The notes below the pieces were generated by a model. That model did not search any database and was not told where the DNA came from. It saw only the letters and a program-made list of their open reading frames with translations. From Flaccisagitta enflata (lineage: Eukaryota), in NCBI GenBank assembly GCA_965153355.1, contig OZ231126.1:32054001-32118000 (forward strand): a stretch of 64,000 nt of DNA, read 5' to 3'. Both the position numbers and the translations under genes were made by a program. Below, piece by piece: positions 54,295 through 64,000 of this stretch. Each line of letters begins with the position of its first letter. The first letter of the stretch is position 1.

Positions 54295-57200
54295 TCAACT
54301 GATTGGTGTGAGTTGATCAGTTCATTCTTTATGCTTTGTTTTTATAAAGAACTTAAAAACAATTGTTTTCTTATATGTTATAACTCTTTCTATTGTAGTA
54401 TAATTTTGCAGCTGTTCTTGTGGTTTTCAATTTTGTAATGTTTGAGCAGGGTTGCAATGAGTTGAATGAAAAATGAGTAGCTTGAAAACACATGGATTTT
54501 TCCCTATGGACCATATCTCGCCCTACCTGGGTCAATCGCCCATTCCCGTGTCATTCAAGTCTATCTCTTTCAACAGACCATTCTCATTAGGAAAACAAAC
54601 TTGATGTAAGAAATATTCCAGGTGTTTGAGGTGCCTCTGAAATATTCACTTACGTAATCTGTTGAAGTGATTTTTGAAATTTTCTCATTCTAGACTAATC
54701 CCAAATTTGTACGTCAAATAACGGTTTCACATTCAGTTTGTCAATGCGAAATTGCCATTTGGAGCTTATAAAAAGAACTGAAATAAACAAATAAGGTGGT
54801 ATCTTTTTGATTGAGAAGAAACAAACAGATACATGAAAACAATTTTTGAAGCCTGATGAGACTACGTTATATGGAAGATTTTTGAAAGATCTTTTATCAT
54901 TGGCTTATCCCAAGTATTTTTCTCCAGAAATCTAAAAGTCAGAGCTTGTCCAATAAAAACCCTAGTTGAAAAAATTCCTTATTTCTTGTAAGGTTGCAAA
55001 AGAATCTTAGGTTTTTATACTTTTTTAGTCGCTGGCTAAGCGACTTTATACTAGGGTGTATCCCTATGTCTGTAGGTATGAGGACTGGTAACGCGAAATC
55101 TGAGATGACGCAAAATCGACTAAGATAGTACCAGCCCTGCCCAGATACATAAAAGCCCACCCGCATTACCGCACCTGCCCACCAGCATTACTGCCCCTGC
55201 CCACTCGCATTACAGCCACTGCCCACCCGCCAGCGACTACTTATTGGCCGTGTATATGGCCTTGTTTCACTACGCCTGAACCATTCCATATTATCAACCT
55301 ATTCTCGTTCATCCTGAAAGCTTACATAAGAGGTTTGGGATTAGGCCCCAAAATCAAAAAGAGTTGAAAGATTTGCAACCGAGTACACTTTTATGAATTG
55401 GGAGCCATCTATTTTGATCAAAAACAAAGGGAAGATGGCTAAAATTGCATCTTGTTTACCAATATGTGTGGTATTCAAGAAGACTTAAAATGTGTTATGT
55501 TGATTTTGCTTTTCTAGGTTTTGGTTGTAATCAAATTGACAATCCCTGAGTCTGTCTTTGATAAAAATTTCCTTTACATCATGTTTTCCCTTTGATTGCG
55601 GTGTCTTCTTTATTTTAACATTTTCCTTTTTTTTTTCTTCTTCTTCTTTTTTTTTCTTTTTTTTTTTTCTTTTACTTTTTTTTTTACACAACTGATGGTT
55701 GGAACCGTATTTACGTCTCTGAATTTTATGTTTTTTTCCATAGGTCATGAAGCTTCAAGTCCAGCTTTTCTCGCATATATCATACAAGCATCATCAGTTA
55801 ATCGTTGCTGATGACCCTGATTAAACATTTTTGTTTGTTTATTTACCCATAACCCTTTTGTTATTTTTTTCTTGCCCGCCACCCGTCATTGTCATCAGTA
55901 TTACCATGGCATAAGAATTACGAGGGCGGTGCCCTTATGAACATCACAGTGCGTAAGTATCAAAATGCCCCAAAAAACATGAACTACTGTCTCTCTTTCT
56001 CTCTCCCTTGCTCTCTCGTGAAAACGAATGAAAATAATGTTAAAATGCAGTTCATAGCAAGTGTCTTCTACAATGTACAGTCTAAACACATGTTTCTTTC
56101 TAATCTGGCATGATGTCTCTTAACTCGTTATATCAACATGTATATGGCTAGGAATGTCATAAATGTTTATTTTTGCATTGTTTTTGATTAAAAGAGGTAG
56201 TAATGAATAAAAGTTTTGAAATCTGAAAGAAGCTGCAAATTCGGGAAGCTTGCAATTTTGACAACGCAAAAAGACAGAAAATCAAATTTCCACTATTAAA
56301 ATGCTGTTATTTTTTAATATCATTATCCATATGCTCCATCGAAACCTTTTTTGATGGTCTTGGGAAGTCGGGGTTTATTTTTTCTGTATCAGTATCACAT
56401 ATTATTAGTTTTCTAAGAAGAATCTCTTTTTGGCTGGTTTATGCATTTTAATCATGAATGAGCTTATGATTCATATCTAGCTGGATCTACTCCCTCCGCT
56501 ACTGCTTTCTGTGCTTTTTTCCAAAACATGAGTTCAGTGACACAAAGCAAATACCCTCTGAATGTGCAGTTGTTACTTAAAATCTCGTCCATCAAGTCTC
56601 AAATTTCTGGTTAAATCAGCAGAAAAATGAAGTTTTACCTAATTGTTTGTGATGTCCGAGTCAATGCCCACTGTCAAAATTCGTATTTGTGTTGTACATC
56701 ATAACTAACTCCAATGAAGTTCATTTTTGTTGATGATTGAATGTTGTTGCATGAGGTTGGTTTGTATCATTCAGTTTATGTCAGTGTTCTTGAAATTTGG
56801 AGGGGGAACAAAACCAACAGCACTCTTTGGTGTAGAAAATTTGTAATGGAAAATGTTTGCAAAATGTTGTACTCACTACCTGGTAATGTCTGTGTTTGAT
56901 GCTCAAAATTCAGTATATGTTCACTGCTGTCTGAAACACATTTTAGGTGTTTTTCCACTTAACTCTGGGTTCTTAACAGATTTGTGTGGGCTATGGTGTG
57001 ACAAAACTATATTTGGACAGTAGATAATATTCCAAAGGGCAGTTTTAGAGAAATTTTCAGTTATTACAATTTTCACCTATATGGCATGAAGAATCTGCTG
57101 AGTTGCTCCAATTGGATTTTTTTTTCTTATTTCTAACTCTTATTTTCTCACCTTTGACAAGTCGTACTGTATATCTATATAAAGGTAATACAATTTTATG

Positions 57201-58479
57201 CTACCCTAGCAATTTTGTAATGATGACATTAAGAATGAAAATTTTGAGTTTTTTTAAAGGCAACATAGTGTGACATGACAAATAAAAGGAAATTTTGCCG
57301 AGTAACTCAGCAGAATGAACATGCTAAAATTATAGGAAAAATTGTTAAATTTCTTCTAACATGTATTTTTTACTGTCAGGATGTACTTTTGCTATACAAT
57401 GGCTTAAACAATTCTGTAAAATAACTTCAGGCACATCTGAATTGTCTTTTAGAAAACAGTGCATTGTCTAAATTTCACTTTTTCTTTTGATTGTTAACCC
57501 CCTCATTTTTCAATGCTAAGTCAAGATGAGACCATTAATTCCATGAATGCAGTGGCGTAAATACGGTGCCTGAGGCGGTGCCCTGGCGATTTGTATTGAT
57601 ATACTCTACCATGCCTTGATTGTAGTCATGTAGTAAGTAGATCAAAACGACAATAAATGTTTGTTTTTTGTTTTCACTAAAAAATCATAACTGTTATTTG
57701 GGAATGGATTTAACTAGCATTAATCAACAGTTGATCAGGATCTATAACCAAAAAAATACTTCTTTTTTAGTTGGAGATGAAAGAAGGATGTAGCATTGAG
57801 AATCGTAGATTTTTTTCAGGATAGTAGATAAAAATATGATCAAATGAGAAACATGTTTCAGAAATGCGTGCAACAATTGTTCCAAAATTCTTCATCGCGA
57901 AAAAAAACAAATGAAAACACAAGTATTTTACAAAACTAGTAATGATTAAAAAAAATTCCTGTCACGTTCAATCGCGTCTAAGATTTTGATGTGCATTGAA
58001 AGATTTTGGAACCATAGTGCATGCAAGAGATGGAACGACCCGTGCCCGTGGTGCATGAACTTCACCAGTCTCACAATGCACTACTGAGCAAGCTGACCAA
58101 TGAGGTGTCCCTCGTCCTTAGCGGCTTCTTATGGTTTGCCCTTGAATAACTGCCCCCCCCCCACTCCGCCACATTCCCAAACCATCTTAAAAGGCAGGGA
58201 AATATCACTGATTTATGTGCGTCGTGATCATATCTCTCTCTAATTAGCTAGATAGATAGGACTGCACTTGCACGCCCCGTCGCACGCGTGTAAGCCTTGT
58301 CACACGAGTGTACGCCCCGTCGCACACGTGTAAGCCTTGTCACACGCGTGTGCGTCCCGTCGCACGCGTGAACGCTCCATCCGTCCTCGGACAAGACACG
58401 TTAGTGATGATATTGATAAGCATCACGGATAAACCCCTATGAAACCGCGTTACTAAAAATAATTTTACTTTAAATGTTA

Positions 58480-58864
58480 CCACGCGTATCAATGAAAAAT
58501 AAGCACCTTTGAATGAAGTATTTTGGCAACAATTCTTTATAAAACTTAATGATATTCTAGATCGTTGGAAAGCCCCTGGAAAATACTTTCATTTGGTTCC
58601 ATCTGGTATTTCCATCTCTTTTCGTTAGCATTAATTTGAATAAAAATGTTGTTTTTTTTTTTGACAATCCCATTGTAAAAAAATTAATTCTGCAAAATAG
58701 AGGCTCTTGCTCCTAAACCGTTTGAGATATAGACCTGGGATTGGGCTAGACTGAAATTTTTTTTAAAAATCTTCAAAAATTTGTTATCAAAAAAATTGTA
58801 TTTGTTTTTTGTATCTATTTTATCAATGAAAAGTAAGGTGCGTCTTTTTCTTTTATACGCGTGG
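58480..58864. mobile_element. TA-flanked MITE
   Basis: TIR ccacgcgtat...gcacctt / aaggtgc...atacgcgtgg. Confidence 0.65.
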
Positions 58865-59624
58865 TATATCGTCGATAGATCTAGAGAAATTTGAAATAAG
58901 AAAATTAGGAACGCATATGTTATCTAAAACATTTTGTTAATGTTATGTTTTTTTATCATAAACTATGCAAAAATGCTGGACGAACAAATCTAAACCCCAT
59001 CAAAATGATAATATGATTCAGATGAAAAAAAAAAGCATCATCATTGACCAATTAGTAATGCGGTATCACAATGAACGATTCTGTTGTAAAGAAATACTGA
59101 CGGAACCACATTACCAATTGCAAACGTCCCTGTCACAGACACAGAAACAATCAGATATTGACTCAATTAATCATAGAAAATCTAACTCAATTGATTCATT
59201 TCCCCCTCACAGTCACAATCACAAAATGACTCAATTGATCATGTAGAAAACTTCACTCAATTGATTCATTTTCCCTCACAGTCGCACTCTCTCTAAAATG
59301 ACTCTCTATTGACCATGTAGAAAACTTCACTCAATTGATTCAATCTCTCCCACGGTCATAATTGAAAAATGACAATCAATTGATCACGCAGTAAAACAAT
59401 CACTGTTTAACGACCACGTAAAACTGACGACTGCAAAATCCTCACAGCAAAAAGCAAAATTGTAAAATCTGTGTTAAAAGCTAAAAGATGCTTTCATTCT
59501 TATTTCAAATATGTCGCGCCAATTACTCATTCAATTGTTTCTTTTTAATTTCATTTACCCTTCCCTACAACCTTCAATTCTCACCCTCTCATGTCACTCC
59601 CTCGTCATTACTTACAACTCCCTC

Positions 59625-60105
59625 TTCCACCTCTTCACTTGCTCCCTGCCCCTTCCACCTCTTCCTCCTGCCACCTACCCCTTCCACCTCTTCCTCCTGC
59701 TCCCTGCCCCTTCCACCTCTTCCTCTTCCTCCTGCTCCCTGCCCCTTCCACCTCTTCCTCCTTCTCCCGCCCCCTTCCACCTCTTCCTCCTGCCCCCTGC
59801 CCCTTCCACCTCCTCCTGCTCCCTGCCCCTTCCACCTCTTCCTCCTTCTCCCTCCCCCTTCCACCTCTACCTCCTGCCACCTGCCCCTTCCACCTCTTCC
59901 TCCTTCTCCCTCCCCCTTCCACCTCTTCCTACTGCCCCCTGCCCCTTCCTCCTCTTCCTCCTGCCACTTGCCCCTTCCACCTCTTCCTCCTTCTCCCGCC
60001 CCCTTCCACCTCTTCCTTCTGCCCCTGCCCCGTCCACCTCTTCCTCCTGCCCCTGCCCCTTCCACTTCTTCCTCCTGCCACCTGCCCCTTCCACCTCTTC
60101 CTCCA
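59625..60105. repeat. Polypyrimidine minisatellite
   Basis: (ctgccccttccacctcttcctc)n variants. Confidence 0.9.
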
Positions 60106-60594
60106 TCTTATTCTCGTCTTATTCGTCTTGACCCTTTTCCTCTCTTTTCATTGTAATACCCTACGATCTCCTCGTCATTCTTTTCCTTGACCATGTCCTC
60201 ATCTTTGTTCACAACCTCCTTCCGGTCTTCATCCTTCCGGTCTTCATCCTTCCTGTCCTCATTTTTTCTGTCTACATTCTCCCTGTCCTCATCCTTCCTG
60301 TCCCGTCCTTCCCCTCATCCTCAATCTCTTCCACATCCTCTCCCTCTTATCATTCTTTCTCACCTCACCCTCTTCCTCCTCTTTTTCATCCTCCTGCTCT
60401 TCCTCCTATTTCTCTTCCTACTCTTCCACTTCGTCCTTGCCCTCGTTATCCTCGTCCTCGTCATCCTCGTCTTCCTTCTCTTCCTCTTACTTCTCTTCCC
60501 CCTCTTTGTTCTCGTCATCCTCCCTGTCCTGGTCATCCTCCCCGTCGTCATCCTCCCTGTCCTCTCCCTCGGCTTCCTCGTGGTCGACGAGCAG

Positions 60595-60751
60595 CTCCAA
60601 ATCCTCATCAGTTCGGGTCCTACCTCAAACTTGGCGTCGGCGCCGTCGTGGGTTTCGTCATCCTCGTCGTCCTCCTCCTCATCCTCATCATCTCAGTCTT
60701 CGTCTGCTGCCTCTGTAGATCCAAATTCTCCCATTCACCGGATGACAGCAG
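60595..60751 (+). CDS. CUB-LDLa-TM protein, transmembrane exon
   Basis: gagcag|(A)PNPHQFGSYLKLGVGAVVGFVILVVLLLILIISVFVCCLCRSKFSHSPDDS(R)|gtttgc. Hydrophobic helix followed by CCLCRSK; phase-1 start matches the LDLa exon. Linkage across 18.9 kb is inferred. Confidence 0.72.
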
Positions 60752-60757
60752 GTTTGC

Positions 60758-60825
<68 letters not shown>

Positions 60826-60961
60826 GCTCTTGCTGTTGCTCTTGCTGTTGCTCTTGCTGTTGTTGTTTTTGTTGTTCTTTTTGTTTTTGTTGTTGATGTT
60901 GTTGTTGTTAAGATTGTTTTGTTGTAACAATGTGTATGATGTGGTTGTGTGACTCTAAACG

Positions 60962-61121
<160 letters not shown>

Positions 61122-61872
61122 CATTTCTTTTGAGTGAGATTTTTATCCTTCTTTGGTTCTATGGGCTGTCTTCCTGTCTCATCGAAGATACCAACAAACA
61201 GTAATGGTTTCAATAAATCAGGCTTTTTCTTCCTCTTCTTTTTAGCTTCTCGGCACTCGCAAAACTGTCAAAGGGTTTTTACAGCTGAGAGACTTCCATT
61301 TTTTGTATTGCGACTAACCTGCTTTTTTTATTAACTACACTATGGGTAACTGAATATTTTGAATATTGTGCGCTTTAAGCTAAATAAAACATAAAGGCAT
61401 GATGTTTGATTTAGCGCTGGTTATTTATGATTAAAACCAATTATCAGTAATATGATCCCAAATTAAATTCAGTCGCTCAGAGACTCCACAGCAAAGCGAA
61501 TAGTTATGAGTTATGACAGCGTGCCTCCAAGGGCAACAATTGCGTTTCAAAAAGGGTCAAAATATAAATCATGCATGAATGAAAATGGAAAGAACAAGTG
61601 AATAAGAGTGATCGAGATTAGTAAGACATGATATCACTGAGAAAGATTTATTGAAAATTTCCACAAATTTCATAATTGTCCACTGACAGGGCCCGGGGCT
61701 GGTAAAAATTCTAGGTTTGCATAGAAAATGAAAAAAATGAAAAAAAAACAAAAACAAAAACTGAATTTCATACTCAACAAAGTAAAAAATCTTTTTTGCT
61801 TGGTTCGCTTGGCCTTGGTATGCTTAAGGAGTGTCCATGCCAAGATTGAAGTCACCGCAGCAATTCCTGTAG

Positions 61873-62047
61873 GAATATCATGAAAGAAAGGTTACAGAAT
61901 GAATTCTTAACAGACGTACTGAGGACAAAAGCTTGGTGGAATGTGGCCAATGCTTTTGACTTTTTTCCTTACGGCGATAGCCGCCATTACTGGTACACAA
62001 TTTTATCAAAATATCATGAGAGTGGAAACACAATTATCTATTTCAAG
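61873..62047 (+). CDS. Candidate exon, phase-compatible with the TM exon but possibly from another gene
   Basis: cctgtag|G NIMKERLQNEFLTDVLRTKAWWNVANAFDFFPYGDSRHYWYTILSKYHESGNTIIYFK|gtgcga; 175 nt, phase 2-0, complex sequence. Confidence 0.4.
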
Positions 62048-62265
62048 GTGCGAGAACGTCCAGAGTTACAGTTGAGCTACACTAGAGCGCATTCCAAAGG
62101 ACTAAGCAAAATCATGCTGTAAAGTGAAGCTGCTTTGTTGCCTTGTTACAGAAAAAACTTCAAAATCTCCTGCGAGACAGTTGGTTGTGTGCCTTATAAG
62201 CGGGCATGCCTTATTAGCGGGTGCGCTCCAGCGGTGCTCCACTGTACTTATATTTACCTGTATGA

Positions 62266-62498
62266 CTATTGGCCAGGTACTGTTGACCAGGCTGTAAATC
62301 TTGAAACCTCACAAATGTAAAATTCTTTTGAAGTACATTTTGATTTACTCCAGGAATATTTTGAAGAGTCATAATGCACAAGACAATATTTGCCATTGCC
62401 ATAGTAGAATTGAAATCCCCAGTATTTCTCAAACGGTAATAGATAGTAATTCAAATCAAGAGTGTCGCCATTGACCCAATACCAAGTTTTGCTGTCCT
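62266..62498 (-). CDS. C-type lectin domain exon (C-terminal half of CTLD)
   Basis: tctgcag|(E)DSKTWYWVNG...YCLVHYDSSKYSWSKSKCTSKEFYICE. The WxWxxG...C...W...C...YICE pattern is typical of CTLDs. May end at a donor after 62308. Confidence 0.72.
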
Positions 62499-62534
62499 CT
62501 GCAGAATGAATTGTTAACAAACAATTGATCTGAT

Positions 62535-63514
62535 TGGCGTCCAGGAACAAACCGCAGGTTGAAAAAAATTGGTCAAGACTCCTGACCAAGGGAAATGCTG
62601 TTTTTTGTTTTGTTGCATTAACTTTAAATCAATGGCAAAAATAAAAAAAATTAGAAATGAAGAATTCAAAGATAGTGAAAATGCATCATTTTTACATATT
62701 CTTTACATTGAAAATCAAATCTGTTGCAAACTTAAAAAAACATCTGAAAAGTGTAGCAATACTTGCTGTAAAAATGCTCTTATTTCTTTAGTAATTTTTG
62801 AAGTTTATTCTAGCAAATTGATTTCTATTCCAGCTTATTTTCAAAAATACCTCTTTAAAAATCTTGAAAACTATGAAAAGTTTACAGATATTGTTAAGAT
62901 ACACATGCTTCAGTATAAACCAGCTTATTTTTAGAAATATTTAGTGGATTAGAGCTTAAATACAGCCAAAAACAGTGAAAAATAGTTACTTCACATTGTT
63001 TTTTGGCATTTTTTTTTGGTGGTTTTGATCAATGAAAAATCCCTCCAAACAAACTAAAGGAGGTAAAAGCATGAGTGTAGCAACTGTAACCAAACTTTTT
63101 ACTCATTTTTTTCATACTTTTGGAAGACATGAATACTATTTTTGACTTAAAAAATCCTGTTTTTGGGCAGCGGCCTCGAAGGGGACAAAGTCCTGTAAAA
63201 CACAGGGGGAATCTGTCTGTCCGTACGTACATCTGTATGTCCGTACGTCCATCCCCCCCACCCCATCCCAAGGGCTTCGTCTCCTTTGGGGCCTATTCTG
63301 ACCCAAATTCAGCTAAATAGCCCAAATCCCAGCAACATAGCTCAAATCCAAGCAAAATGCCTCGAATCCAAGCATAATGGCTCAAATCAAGCATAATGGC
63401 CCAAATCTGACCAGAAAGCAGTGCTCCATTGTAGAAAATGCATCATAAAAGACATTTCCTCAGGTCAGGAGTTTTGACCATCATTTTCAACCTAGGGTTT
63501 GTTCCTGGACGCCA
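62535..63514. mobile_element. TIR element (~52-bp TIRs) just upstream of the lectin exon
   Basis: tggcgtccaggaacaaacc..aggttgaaaa...ggtcaa.actcctgacc mirrored at 63463-63514; TSD unclear; carries an insert at 63160-63420. Confidence 0.75.
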
Positions 63515-63734
63515 TGTGGTATGAATCCTGTTGTTGAAAAACTTTTTGCCACACATAAATGTTATCATTTACATCACCTTTTGTAAGTCACCGACACGGG
63601 ACTCTTTAAACCACTTTGCGGTCAACCAGTCAGTTGGTTGGTCCGTTAGTCCATCATTTCTAACTTTAGGTGCGTTTTTGCCCCCTCCTAACCCTCAGCG
63701 GCTTCAAGGTTTGTCTTTTTTTATGAGGTGGTGA

Positions 63735-63955
63735 AGATTCCATTTGAATAAGTTGAGTAGTGAGTTCTGAGCATAATGGACCCTGCCTAAAATTCCATTC
63801 AGATAAGTTATGTGGTGAGTTCTGAGCATAATGGACCCTGCCTAGAATTCCATTCAAATGAGTTGAGCAGTGAGTTCTGAGCATAATGGATCCTGCCTAA
63901 AATTCCATTCAAATAAGTTGAGTAATGAGTTCTGAGCATAATGGACCCTGCTTAA
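63735..63955. repeat. 56-bp tandem repeat, 4 copies
   Basis: aattccattcaaataagttgagtagtgagttctgagcataatggaccctgccta repeated. Confidence 0.9.
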
Positions 63956-64000
63956 ATGAAAGTGACTGCTCATCCGTTGTGTACGCGCAGTTAATTCTTT

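Noticed and set aside
54850-54890. CTGATGAG...GAAA hammerhead-like core
   Set aside because: No convincing flanking stems.
56440-56960. Possible decayed coding sequence on the minus strand
   Set aside because: No long open frame and no recognisable motif.
59488-60594. Long Pro/Ser/Leu-rich ORFs of 200+ aa
   Set aside because: Stop-free pyrimidine repeat open in several frames; better explained as intron.

Overview
Eukaryotic, very probably invertebrate animal genomic DNA: AT-rich, GT-AG introns, dense microsatellites and non-autonomous DNA transposons. Most entries in the ORF track are repeat artefacts. Genes reconstructed by hand from splice signals and intron phases: (1) the 5' part of a PHF20/PHF20L1-like gene (Tudor-Tudor-AT-hook), minus strand, running off the left edge; (2) an uncharacterised Thr/His-rich gene, minus, about 8.9-12.8 kb; (3) a small secreted Cys-rich gene, minus, 32.4-33.4 kb, needing two 1-nt corrections; (4) a large plus-strand CUB-LDLa-transmembrane gene with exons at 38.1, 41.6 and 60.6 kb; (5) nested antisense in the 18.9-kb intron of gene 4, a complete 4-exon, 222-aa gene with two tandem copies of a ~60-aa domain plus a coiled coil, which from memory resembles an uncharacterised prokaryotic family (horizontal transfer candidate, best lead); (6) a C-type lectin exon near the right edge. 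The mobile fraction is about 20 Helentron-associated (HINE/DINE-1-like) elements, many TA-flanked MITEs, a 3.26-kb hAT-type element with an 8-bp TSD, and multi-level nesting. A recurring oddity is minisatellites built from gene-processing signals: two arrays of duplicated splice acceptors and one array of poly(A)-signal cassettes. No database searches were run; family calls come from motif recognition.
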